A stretch of 64,000 bases of DNA from an uncultured Planctomycetales bacterium (lineage in GTDB: Bacteria > Omnitrophota > Gorgyraeia > Gygaellales > Profunditerraquicolaceae), in NCBI GenBank assembly GCA_964645795.1, contig CAZYCL010000004.1, forward strand, positions 88,292 to 152,291. Direction: 5' to 3'. A program made the translations under genes and the position numbers. Position 1 is the stretch's first letter, and the number at the start of each line of letters is the position of its first letter. Of this stretch, positions 28,707 to 37,873 are shown piece by piece. The notes under the pieces were generated by a model. That model was not told the DNA's origin. It ran no database searches and saw nothing but the letters and a program-made list of their open reading frames with translations.

Positions 28707-30119
28707 ATGGATAAGGCTCTCGAAAGAGAGGCTTACCATCCTAAAAAATCAATTATGGAGCTTTCAAGGTTTAATTGCTGGGTCAAGGATCATCCGGGTA
28801 AGGGAGATTACCTGCTTTTTAACTGCCGCACGCAGGGCCTGATCAGGGTTAATCCGGAGTTTAAAGCCGCGTTAGAGTCGTTAGGGGCGGGCATTGTCCC
28901 GGAGCTATTAACCCCACATATTTTAGCGCTCAAGCAGAACGGGATGATCGTGGAGGACAGGGCTGAGGACGAGTCGAAGCTACGTGATTTTTTCCGGCAG
29001 CTAAAGGCCGGCCCCTGCGGCCTGAGCTTCGAGGTAAACATCCTTACCACTTATAACTGCAACTTCCGCTGCGTTTACTGCTTCGAAGAAGGCGCAAGGA
29101 GCAGGGCCAGGCTTAATAAAAAAACCAGCGAGCTTGTCGTCAGATGGCTTAAGGATTATATCCTTGCCAGGGGCCTGACAAAGCTTTACGTCGTCTATTA
29201 CGGAGGCGAGCCGCTCTTAAATACGTTCCCGATTTACGGGATCTCCGGAGAATTAAAAGAGTGGGCCGGCGTCAATAAAATAGATTTTGCTTTCGGCATC
29301 ATCACTAACGGCAGCCTGATCACCCCTAAGCTTGTCGAAGAGCTGCTGCCTTTGGGCTTACGCGACATCCGCGTAACCCTCGACGGCCCTGCCGAGGTGC
29401 ACGACCGCATGCGGCCGTTCTGCGACGGCTCGGCTACTTTTAACCGGATAATCGAGAATATCAAGAGCGTCATCGGCAAGGTGAACGTCGGCATTGCGGG
29501 AAACTTTGACCGCCGGAGCTTTCCGGCTATTCCCAGGCTTCTTGATTATTTAAAAGAAGAAGGATTATTCGAGCGCCTGGGTGAGCTCAACTTCGCCCCC
29601 ATTACTCCCAGGCTCGGCCCGAAAGGCAGTCCCGCATCCATAGAGCTGTCCGAGTGCATGAGCTTTATCGATGATAAAGACGGGCTGTTCGAAGAGACGG
29701 TCCTTATGAAAAGAGAGCTGGCCAGAAGAGGGAAGACGCCTGCCAGCGGGCTGAATATCAATGCCTGCCCTTTGTTCATGCAGGACATCGGTCTGACCAT
29801 CGACCCCAAGGGCGATATCTATAAATGCAACTCCCTGCTTGGGCACCAAGAGTTCAGCGTCGGTAACGTCCGCCAAAAAGGCTTTAACGGCAAGTTTGAA
29901 ATGTTTCGCAATATCGATGCCTGGGAGAAGTGCAGCGATGACTGCCCTTATGTGCCGATGTGCCAGGGCGGCTGCCGCTTCTTTTCCTATATCGAGAACA
30001 AAAACTTCACCGACCTTTTCTGCCGCAGGGAGTACTTTGACAGGATCATACCCGAGCTCATTAAATTAGAGTATAATAACCTGGCGCAGGCAAGGCAGGC
30101 GGCCGCAGGCAAACAATGA
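28707..30119 (+). CDS. radical SAM / SPASM-domain peptide-modifying enzyme
   Basis: CxxxCxxC (YNCNFRCVYCFEEG) radical-SAM cluster motif and a C-terminal Cys-rich SPASM region (CPLFMQD...CNSLLG...CSDDCPYVPMCQGGCRFF). The ~100-aa N-terminal extension is consistent with a peptide-recognition (RRE-like) domain. Confidence 0.8.
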   Translation: MDKALEREAYHPKKSIMELSRFNCWVKDHPGKGDYLLFNCRTQGLIRVNPEFKAALESLGAGIVPELLTPHILALKQNGMIVEDRAEDESKLRDFFRQLKAGPCGLSFEVNILTTYNCNFRCVYCFEEGARSRARLNKKTSELVVRWLKDYILARGLTKLYVVYYGGEPLLNTFPIYGISGELKEWAGVNKIDFAFGIITNGSLITPKLVEELLPLGLRDIRVTLDGPAEVHDRMRPFCDGSATFNRIIENIKSVIGKVNVGIAGNFDRRSFPAIPRLLDYLKEEGLFERLGELNFAPITPRLGPKGSPASIELSECMSFIDDKDGLFEETVLMKRELARRGKTPASGLNINACPLFMQDIGLTIDPKGDIYKCNSLLGHQEFSVGNVRQKGFNGKFEMFRNIDAWEKCSDDCPYVPMCQGGCRFFSYIENKNFTDLFCRREYFDRIIPELIKLEYNNLAQARQAAAGKQ

Positions 30120-31849
30120 AAAACTCCAAGACTCTCCTTAAACTGCTCTCCCCGTATAAAAAACACCTATTTCTGATCCTGCTTTCCGTGATCATCGCCA
30201 ATGCCGCCGGCCTGTTTTTGCCCTGGGCGCTAAAGCTCATTGTCGATGAGGTGGTAATAAAGAAGGAATTCGCGGCGCTGAACATGATCTGCCTGGCGCT
30301 TATCCTGGCATTTTTGGCCAGGTTCTGCTTCGGCTACCTTAGGGAGTACCTGTCTTCTTTTGTGGGGGAGAAGGTCGTCTGCGACCTGCGCGAAAAGATA
30401 TACTGGCAGCTGCAGCGGCTCTCGGTGCATTACGTTGACAGCACCCCGAAGGGCAGGATCATCTCGGGTATCACTTCGGATGTAGAGGATATCCGCGATT
30501 TTTTGTTCGGCGGGGCAATGGATTTCATATATGGGATTTTTAACATTGTTTTTGTCTTTACGGTCCTGGCAGCGCTTGACCGCGAACTGGCCCTGATCTC
30601 TTTCCTATATCTGCCTGTTTTTATCCTGGTTTTTCATCACGTCGCCCCGCAGCTCAAAGAAAGACACGGCCGGATCAGGGAGCATTTTAGCGCGCTGACT
30701 TCTACCGTTAACGAGTTCCTGCAGGGCATACGCGTAGTCGCCGGGTTCTCATCCCATGAAGCCGAAGCCAAAAAGTTTTGCAGCCGGCAAAGGGAGTTGT
30801 TCGGCGCCAGCATCGAGAGCCACAGGATGAGCATCCTTCTATGGGTCGGCGCCGAGTTCCTTAGCTCTCTGGCCCTGGCAACCGTAGTATGGTTCGGGGC
30901 CAGGCGCGTGATGAGCGGCTCGATCACCGTAGGAACGCTCATAGCGTTTTATTCGTACCTGGCGATGTTATTCTATCCCGTTGTCAGGATGGCGATCATC
31001 AACGATTATTACCAGCAGGCAAGCGCGGGGATCGAGCGGGTCCGCCAGATCCTGGAAGCCCGGCCCCGGGTAGTTGAGCCAAAAAACCCCGTCCGCCTGT
31101 CCGCGATAGACAAGGGCATAGTATTCTCGGGGGTAAGCTTTGGCTACAATGAGGCTAAAGAGGCGCTCTCGGATATAAACCTTAAGATAGATAAATCGCA
31201 GGTTGTGGCAATAGTCGGAAAGAGCGGCGCCGGAAAGACCACGCTTATCAACCTCCTCCTGAGATTCTACGATCCGCAAAAAGGGGAGATCCTCATCGAC
31301 GGGCATGACCTGAAGCACCTGGACCTGGGTTGTTACCGCCGCCGCATCGCCATGGTCATCCAGGACGATTATCTTTTTGCGGCGACCGTCAGGGAGAACA
31401 TCTCCTACGGCCGCCCCGACGCCACGCAAGAACAGGTCGTCGAGGCAGCCAGGAAGGCCAATGCCCATGATTTTATCATGCAGCTGGAATCGGGTTACTC
31501 TACCGGCATCGGCGAGCGCGGGGTCAGGCTTTCTTACGGGCAGAGGCAGCGCATCTCCATCGCCCGGGCAATACTCAGGGACCCGGAGATACTTATCCTC
31601 GATGAAGCCACCTCCAACGTAGATACCGAAACCGAAAAGGCGATCATCGAGCAGGCCTTCCGCAATCTGATTAAAGACAGGACTACGCTGATAGTCGCTC
31701 ACCGGATGTCCGCGATCAGCTATGCAAACAGAGTTGTATTTTTGGACGGCGGCAGGATAACCGAAGCAGGCTCGCCTTCCGAGCTGATCAGCAAGAAGGG
31801 TGATTATTGGAGGATGCTTTCCGGCCAGCAGGAGGCCGCAGCCATTTAA
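30116..31849 (+). CDS. ABC exporter, fused permease-ATPase (type I exporter)
   Basis: Six-TM N-terminal half, Walker A GKSGAGKTT, signature LSYGQRQR, Walker B ILILDEATS. ATGA overlap with the rSAM gene. Confidence 0.9.
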   Translation: MKNSKTLLKLLSPYKKHLFLILLSVIIANAAGLFLPWALKLIVDEVVIKKEFAALNMICLALILAFLARFCFGYLREYLSSFVGEKVVCDLREKIYWQLQRLSVHYVDSTPKGRIISGITSDVEDIRDFLFGGAMDFIYGIFNIVFVFTVLAALDRELALISFLYLPVFILVFHHVAPQLKERHGRIREHFSALTSTVNEFLQGIRVVAGFSSHEAEAKKFCSRQRELFGASIESHRMSILLWVGAEFLSSLALATVVWFGARRVMSGSITVGTLIAFYSYLAMLFYPVVRMAIINDYYQQASAGIERVRQILEARPRVVEPKNPVRLSAIDKGIVFSGVSFGYNEAKEALSDINLKIDKSQVVAIVGKSGAGKTTLINLLLRFYDPQKGEILIDGHDLKHLDLGCYRRRIAMVIQDDYLFAATVRENISYGRPDATQEQVVEAARKANAHDFIMQLESGYSTGIGERGVRLSYGQRQRISIARAILRDPEILILDEATSNVDTETEKAIIEQAFRNLIKDRTTLIVAHRMSAISYANRVVFLDGGRITEAGSPSELISKKGDYWRMLSGQQEAAAI

Positions 31850-31855
31850 ACCAGG

Positions 31856-33670
31856 ATGAAAATACCGAATCTCCAAAAGGCCTTCCTAAAGTTAGTAGTA
31901 AAGGTTTTTTACCGGCAAAGGCAGCTTAAGGCAGCGGCCCTGATATTTATCGTCATCGGCTCGGCGATCGTTTTCGGCGGTCTTATCTTTATGGGCGCTT
32001 TTTACTCCGCCGGCAAAAAAGCGATAATGGATAAACACGAGGCTATCGCCTCCAGCGCATCAGAAGAGATAAGGCATATACTAAGGCGGCACGAGGATTT
32101 ACTCGGTTCGGCCGCCTCGATCATCGGCAGCCTTGATAACGATCCCTGGCAACAGGAGACGATCTTGGTGGAGCTGGTGCTTAGAAATCCGGCGTTCCTG
32201 CGCGTCTCTTCATTTGACCTTAAATGCCGCCTCACCGCTACCTCCGATCTGGGCGAGGCGCCGCGATGCCCTGACGAAGACAAGGTGCTCGGCGGCATCA
32301 CCGCGGGCAACAGCTATGTCTCTGAGGCGCGGTTTTACAACAACGGCATCCCTTATGTCTCGATGGCCCTGCCCATAAAGAGGTCGGGAGAGGTCCGCGC
32401 CTTTTTATTGGCGGACATCGACATAAAGGAGGTCTGGAGCGCGATGGATAACGTGCATGTGGGCAGGAGTGGCTATATCGCGGTCGTTTCAAAAGACGGC
32501 TCCCTGATAACGCATAAGGATAAGAAGCTGGTGTTCAAGAAGGCCAATATCATCACAGATAAGGACGCTTCCTCGGTCCTGCAGGGCGAAGCCGCAAGCA
32601 AGGAGTGGTTTGACGATAAGGCTAAGACGCGCTGGCTAAGCAGTTACGTGCCGATAGGCAGCACCCCCTGGGGGCTTATGCTGCGCCAGGCCAGCGATGA
32701 GGCGTTCTTTTCTTTGAGGTTGCTGAGGATCCAGATGAGCGTGATCATTATTCTCGGCCTCATCATTGCGGCGGGGCTGTCTTTTTATTTAGGCAACCTC
32801 TTTGTTAAGCCGCTTCAGCTTTTGATCCTTCAGGCGCGCGGCATGGGCCTGGCCCCCCGGCCGGAAAAGGGTAATAGCGAAGACGAGCTAAGACAGCTGA
32901 CCAGCATATTCGACCGCCTCTCCTCAAGGCTAAAGGAGGCCGAAGCCACCCAGAGGTTTTCCGGGATCGGAGAGGCCACTGCCTGGGTGGCGCATGAGCT
33001 GAAGAACTCTCTTTTCTCCATAAAATCGTTTGTCCGTCTTTTTCCGCAGCGCCAGAATGACGAGCAGTTCGTCAGGAAGTTCAACACCCTTGTCCCCGAA
33101 GAGATCGAAAGGCTGGAGCGCATTTTAAGGGACCTGACATACTTCTCTGCGTCCGGGGAGATCGTCCGGGTGCCGGTGGATATCAGGGAGGTGATAACGC
33201 AGGTCGTGGGCCTTACCGAGGAGACGCTCAGGCAAAGGCATGTCTGCCTGCAGTGCAAGTTGCAATCCGCAGAGCTCATACTTGAGGCAGACGCGGAATT
33301 ATTGAAGCAGGTATTCCTCAACCTTATCATCAATGCCGTCCATGCCATGCCCCAGGGCGGCGAGATTACCATATCCGCCGAGCCGATAAATGCCGCCTAT
33401 CTGCAGTTAAGGGTCAGCGATACGGGCTGCGGTATCCCGCAAGAGCGCCTGAAAGATATCTTTGAGCCTTTTCGCTCCACCAAAAAAGACGGCTTCGGCT
33501 TGGGGCTCTTGATATGCCGCAAGATCATCCAGCAGCACGGCGGCTCGGTAGAGGTGGCAAGCCGCCCCAACCAGGGAACGACGTTTACGATAACCCTGCC
33601 CGTTAAGAACGTCCCGGAGTTCAATAAGCGCTTCGATCCGGTAACCGATAAAGACAGCGTCCATGGTTAA
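31856..33670 (+). CDS. sensor histidine kinase with periplasmic Cache-like sensor domain
   Basis: Two TM segments flank a ~250-aa extracytoplasmic domain. H-box VAHELKNSL, N-box LINAVHAM, G-boxes DTGCGI and GFGLGL. Confidence 0.85.
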   Translation: MKIPNLQKAFLKLVVKVFYRQRQLKAAALIFIVIGSAIVFGGLIFMGAFYSAGKKAIMDKHEAIASSASEEIRHILRRHEDLLGSAASIIGSLDNDPWQQETILVELVLRNPAFLRVSSFDLKCRLTATSDLGEAPRCPDEDKVLGGITAGNSYVSEARFYNNGIPYVSMALPIKRSGEVRAFLLADIDIKEVWSAMDNVHVGRSGYIAVVSKDGSLITHKDKKLVFKKANIITDKDASSVLQGEAASKEWFDDKAKTRWLSSYVPIGSTPWGLMLRQASDEAFFSLRLLRIQMSVIIILGLIIAAGLSFYLGNLFVKPLQLLILQARGMGLAPRPEKGNSEDELRQLTSIFDRLSSRLKEAEATQRFSGIGEATAWVAHELKNSLFSIKSFVRLFPQRQNDEQFVRKFNTLVPEEIERLERILRDLTYFSASGEIVRVPVDIREVITQVVGLTEETLRQRHVCLQCKLQSAELILEADAELLKQVFLNLIINAVHAMPQGGEITISAEPINAAYLQLRVSDTGCGIPQERLKDIFEPFRSTKKDGFGLGLLICRKIIQQHGGSVEVASRPNQGTTFTITLPVKNVPEFNKRFDPVTDKDSVHG

Positions 33671-34349
33671 GAACCCGCGGCAAGATACGGCAACAAAGAT
33701 AACCGTACTGCTGATAGATGACCACAAGATGATCAGGGAAGGCCTGCGTTTACTGCTGGAGGGGTCTTCGCATTTTGAGATCATCGCAGAGGCCGATAAC
33801 GGCCGGGACGGGGTTGAGGCCGCTTGCAGGCTTCTGCCCGAAGCGGTAGTGATGGATGTGTCTATGCCCGACCTTAACGGCATGGAAGCCTGCCGTAAAA
33901 TATCAGAGAGGGTCCCCAAGACCAAAATAATCGCCCTTTCCATGCACGCCGAGCGCCGGTTCGTCGAAGAGATGCTCAAGGCCGGCGCCAGCGCCTACGT
34001 GCTTAAGGATAACGCCTTCGATGAGCTGCTTCTGGCGATACGGGCTTCCCTTAACGGAGACTCCTACCTTTCTCCGGAGATCACCAGGTTAATGGTTTCC
34101 GAGTTCATCAGCCCCCGGGATAACGCCGGCCGCAAAAGCCCCGGGGCGCACGAGGCCCTGACTGCGCGGGAGAGGGAAGTGCTGCAGCTTGTTGCCGAAG
34201 GCGTCTCCACCAAGCTTATAGCCCGCAAGCTAAAAGTAAGCGTCAAGACCGTTGAAAGCCACCGTCAGCAGATCATGCACAAGCTCAAGCTCTACAGCGT
34301 CGCCGAGCTTACCAAATACGCCATCCGCGAAGGCATTACCTCCGTCTAA
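33663..34349 (+). CDS. NarL/FixJ-family response regulator (receiver + LuxR-type HTH)
   Basis: Receiver (VLLIDDH...VVMDVSMPDLNG...SMH) and a C-terminal LuxR HTH (LTAREREVLQLVAEGVSTKLIARKLKVSVKTVESHR). Confidence 0.9.
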   Translation: MVKNPRQDTATKITVLLIDDHKMIREGLRLLLEGSSHFEIIAEADNGRDGVEAACRLLPEAVVMDVSMPDLNGMEACRKISERVPKTKIIALSMHAERRFVEEMLKAGASAYVLKDNAFDELLLAIRASLNGDSYLSPEITRLMVSEFISPRDNAGRKSPGAHEALTAREREVLQLVAEGVSTKLIARKLKVSVKTVESHRQQIMHKLKLYSVAELTKYAIREGITSV

Positions 34350-34444
34350 CTTGCCCTAAGGTTTTTCGAACCCCCAAACAGGGAATACCCCGATTGCCTG
34401 CCCGTCAAAGTTAAAGTAAATTATGATCAGAGGATAGTCTATAT

Positions 34445-36562
34445 ATGCCAAAGAAACGCGTGTCTGTCTTCCACGGGATGCTTTTCTCTTATCTGCTTGT
34501 AGGCCTGGTAGCTGGCCTGGCCATCGGGCTGTGGCAGGGCCACCGCGTAGTTTCGATAACCGCTATCCTGATTTTTGCATATTTCCTGGCCATATTTGTT
34601 TCCCGCAAACTTTTACTGCCCCTTAACAAGATCTCCGATTATCTGGGGGAAGTGGCCGAAGGCAATTTCCTTAACCGGATCAATTTCAGGAGCTGGAAGG
34701 AGATAGAGGCGCTGACTTGCGGATTCAACAGGATGGCGGAGAAGCTCAACAGGCGCTTTATCCTGCGCGAAGAGCTGGCTAAAGAGGCCGAAGAGCGCAA
34801 GCGGCTGGAATCGGCGTTCCTTGAAAATGAGGCGCTAAACCGCGCGCTCTTCGAATATTCCGGGGACGGCATACTGCTGATCTATAAGGATATGATCGTC
34901 GACTGCAACGGCCGGAGCCTGGAGATGCTCGGCTGCCGGCGTCAGGATCTGATCGCCAGGCCCCTCTATTCATTTTCCCCGTTAATACAGCCGGACGGCT
35001 GTTCTTCCGAAGGCAAGGCCAGGAGGATGCTGGAAGAGGCGTTTTTAGGCAGGCGGCAGTCTTTTGAATGGGTCTACGACAGGCCTGACGGCCAGACGCT
35101 CTACGTAGAGCTGGCTTTAAACAGGGTTGAGGCAGGCAACAAAGCGATGGTCCAGGTAATACTGCGCGATATAACAAGGCGTAAGCTCTGCGAAGAGAAG
35201 ATGCGCAAAATCAGCCTTCTGCAGGCAGAGATGCTTAAGCCCGGTTCGATAAAGGAAAAGACCGCGGTCGTAGCACAGGAAGTGTCCAAGATGTTTAAGG
35301 CGCAGCTATGCTGCATCTGGATAGCGGGGCCGGCGGATATATGCGAGCGCGGCTGCGCGTACGCATCAGCAAAAGAAGGCTGCCCCTGCAGTAGCCGCCG
35401 GCAGTGCCTTCATCTGGCCGCCAGCGCCGGTGATCATGAGGATGCCGTGCAGGAGTGGGCCCGGCGGCTGCCCCTGGAGTCATCCAGGATTGGCGCCGTC
35501 GCCACCGGTCATCAGCGCGGTTTCTTTAGCAATGATCCTGCCGGATGGCCCCTGCCCGGCGCAGTTGAATGGGCAAGCGGGCTGGGCATCGAGTCTTGCG
35601 CCGCCTGCCAGCTTTGTCCTTGCGAGGATAATCTGGCCGGGGCGCTGGCCATATTTTGCCGCAGCGAAATATCAGCCGAAGATTACCGGCTTATCGAGGG
35701 GCTGAGCAATACCGTCGCCCTTATGGTGCAGTCAGCGCGAGCGCAGGAATCCGTCATTAATTACGCCTGCCGGATCCAGGCGGTTAACCGGGAGCTGGAT
35801 GATTTTACCTACATCGTCAGCCACGACCTGAAAGAGCCGCTTAGGAGTATCAACGCCTTCTCCAAATTCCTGGAGGATGATTACGGCCCCGCGTTCGACG
35901 AGAACGCCAGGCGATACATCCAGCGCATCAAGGCCAATACCGATCATATGCACGCGCTGATCGAGGACCTGCTTGAGATATCGCGCATCGAAAGGAAGTT
36001 AAATCCGATGGAGGAGGCCGACATCGGCGCCATCATCGATGAGGCAAGGCGCCGTCTTGAGTATTCGATCCAGGAAAAAAATGTCGTCGTCGACATCAAA
36101 GGCGATCTGCCCAGGATTTACTGCGACAGGACAAGGATCACCGAGGTCTTCGCCAACCTTTTTTCCAACGCCATCAAGTTTAACGACAAGCCCGAGCCGC
36201 GCATAGAAGTAGGCTATTCGCTGGAGGGCGCATACCACCAGTTTTACGTCAGGGACAACGGCCCGGGCATCGAGGAGCAGTATTTTGAGAAGATATTCTC
36301 CATTTTTCAGAGGCTGGTCAAGAAGGAGGATTACGAGGGCACCGGGGCCGGGCTTACGATAGTCAAAAAGATCATAGGTATGCACCGGGGCAGGGTTTGG
36401 GTAGAATCAAGACCCGGAGAGTTCAGCGCGTTTTATTTTACTATACCGGCGGCAAAAGAAGCGATATACGCCAGGAAAAAGCTGGGAGAGATACTGCTGG
36501 ACAAAAAGATGGTCACCGAAACACAGCTTAACCTGGCGCTGGAGGAACAGGCCGGTTTATAG
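34445..36562 (+). CDS. sensor histidine kinase (TM-HAMP, PAS, GAF-like, HisKA, HATPase)
   Basis: HAMP-like linker, H-box VSHDLKEPLRSI (phytochrome-type HisKA), N-box LFSNAIKFN, G-boxes DNGPGI and GTGAGL. Confidence 0.85.
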   Translation: MPKKRVSVFHGMLFSYLLVGLVAGLAIGLWQGHRVVSITAILIFAYFLAIFVSRKLLLPLNKISDYLGEVAEGNFLNRINFRSWKEIEALTCGFNRMAEKLNRRFILREELAKEAEERKRLESAFLENEALNRALFEYSGDGILLIYKDMIVDCNGRSLEMLGCRRQDLIARPLYSFSPLIQPDGCSSEGKARRMLEEAFLGRRQSFEWVYDRPDGQTLYVELALNRVEAGNKAMVQVILRDITRRKLCEEKMRKISLLQAEMLKPGSIKEKTAVVAQEVSKMFKAQLCCIWIAGPADICERGCAYASAKEGCPCSSRRQCLHLAASAGDHEDAVQEWARRLPLESSRIGAVATGHQRGFFSNDPAGWPLPGAVEWASGLGIESCAACQLCPCEDNLAGALAIFCRSEISAEDYRLIEGLSNTVALMVQSARAQESVINYACRIQAVNRELDDFTYIVSHDLKEPLRSINAFSKFLEDDYGPAFDENARRYIQRIKANTDHMHALIEDLLEISRIERKLNPMEEADIGAIIDEARRRLEYSIQEKNVVVDIKGDLPRIYCDRTRITEVFANLFSNAIKFNDKPEPRIEVGYSLEGAYHQFYVRDNGPGIEEQYFEKIFSIFQRLVKKEDYEGTGAGLTIVKKIIGMHRGRVWVESRPGEFSAFYFTIPAAKEAIYARKKLGEILLDKKMVTETQLNLALEEQAGL

Positions 36563-36581
36563 CCTGAAGGAGGAGAATCCC

Positions 36582-37058
36582 ATGGCGCAAAAGATCAGGG
36601 GCGCGGTGAAGATCCTGCTGGTAGAGGATACGCCCGATGATGTCATGATCACGCAGAGGGCGCTCAAAGAGGCTAAGCTCCTCAACAGGCTGCACGTTGC
36701 CAGGGACGGGCAGGAGGCCCTGGATTACCTCTGGCATTGCGAGGCAGCGGATAAGGACGCCGGCCCCCTTCCCGGATTGATACTTTTGGATATCAATATG
36801 CCCAAGATGAGCGGATTGGATGTCCTCAGGCGCATAAAAAGCGACAATAATCTGAAGAAGATACCGACGGTGATCCTCACCGTCTCCCAGAAAGAGGAGG
36901 ACATCGAAAAGGGTTACTACTACGGCTGCAACAGCTTTATCCAGAAACCTGTGGAGTTTGAGAAGTTCGTGGAGGTAGTCAAGCAAATCGGTCTCTATTG
37001 GGGTTTTATAAACGTGAATATACCGGAAGGCCTGGAAAGGGGGGCGCCCAAGTCATGA
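36582..37058 (+). CDS. single-domain response regulator (CheY-like)
   Basis: KILLVEDTPDD...LILLDINMPKMSG...TVS...K receiver motifs, 158 aa. Confidence 0.85.
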   Translation: MAQKIRGAVKILLVEDTPDDVMITQRALKEAKLLNRLHVARDGQEALDYLWHCEAADKDAGPLPGLILLDINMPKMSGLDVLRRIKSDNNLKKIPTVILTVSQKEEDIEKGYYYGCNSFIQKPVEFEKFVEVVKQIGLYWGFINVNIPEGLERGAPKS

Positions 37059-37756
37059 TCGTTTCTGCTCATCAACCGCAGTATTTGCCGTGGTCAGGCT
37101 ACTTCGATAAGATAGCCAAAAGCGACTGCTTTGTTTTCCTGGATCAGGTGCAGTACAAACAACGCGAATTTCAGAATCGTAATAAGATAAAGGTCAAAGA
37201 CGGATGGGCGTGGCTGACCGTGCCGGTAAAGACCAAGTACAGGTACAAGCAGCCGATCCGGGATGCCCTTGTTGATAATGGGCTAAGCTGGGGCAGGGAG
37301 CATTTGCATCTGATCAAGGCCTGGTACGCCGATGCGCCGTATTTTGGCCGCTACAAGGCTTTTCTCGAAGATGTGTATTGGCGTTCGTGGGAGAAGCTCA
37401 GAGATTTGAATGCATTCCTGATCAAATACGTGATGAAGGAGCTTGATATAGACAGGCCAGTATACTTTGAATCTGAGCTGAGCATATCCAGCGACAGGAC
37501 GGATAGGATCATCGATATCTGCAGGCGCCTCGGGGCCAACACGTATCTGGCGGGCGTCGGTTGCAGGGCCTACCTTCAGGAGGATAAGTTCATCTCTGCC
37601 GGCATAAAGCTGGTATACCACGAGTTTAAGCATCCGGAATATAAACAGCTGCACGGCGCAAGGTTTATCCCGTGCCTGTCGGTCTTCGACCTGCTTTTGA
37701 ACGAAGGCGATAACGCAAAAAGCATACTCGGCTTAAAACAGGCCACTGCGGTCTAA
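37055..37756 (+). CDS. WbqC-like family protein
   Basis: MIVSAHQPQYLPWSGYFDKIAKSDCFVFLDQVQY N-terminus is typical of WbqC-like proteins. ATGA overlap with the upstream receiver gene. Confidence 0.65.
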   Translation: MIVSAHQPQYLPWSGYFDKIAKSDCFVFLDQVQYKQREFQNRNKIKVKDGWAWLTVPVKTKYRYKQPIRDALVDNGLSWGREHLHLIKAWYADAPYFGRYKAFLEDVYWRSWEKLRDLNAFLIKYVMKELDIDRPVYFESELSISSDRTDRIIDICRRLGANTYLAGVGCRAYLQEDKFISAGIKLVYHEFKHPEYKQLHGARFIPCLSVFDLLLNEGDNAKSILGLKQATAV

Positions 37757-37873
37757 GGCATAAAATTCCCGGCCGGCTTCAGGCGAAGCCGCATTTCTTG
37801 TTTGAAGTATCCGATCTTTATGTTAAAATGAAAGCGTCCTTTCCCCGATCAAGAACCTACATACCTTATAGAG

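Noticed and set aside
30968-31876. 302-aa minus-strand ORF across the ABC exporter ATPase domain
   Set aside because: The plus-strand frame carries Walker A, signature and Walker B motifs. The antisense ORF is a GC-skew artefact.
33407-33979. 190-aa minus-strand ORF spanning the kinase/regulator junction
   Set aside because: It overlaps two well-supported plus-strand genes (HATPase domain and receiver domain). No signal supports it.
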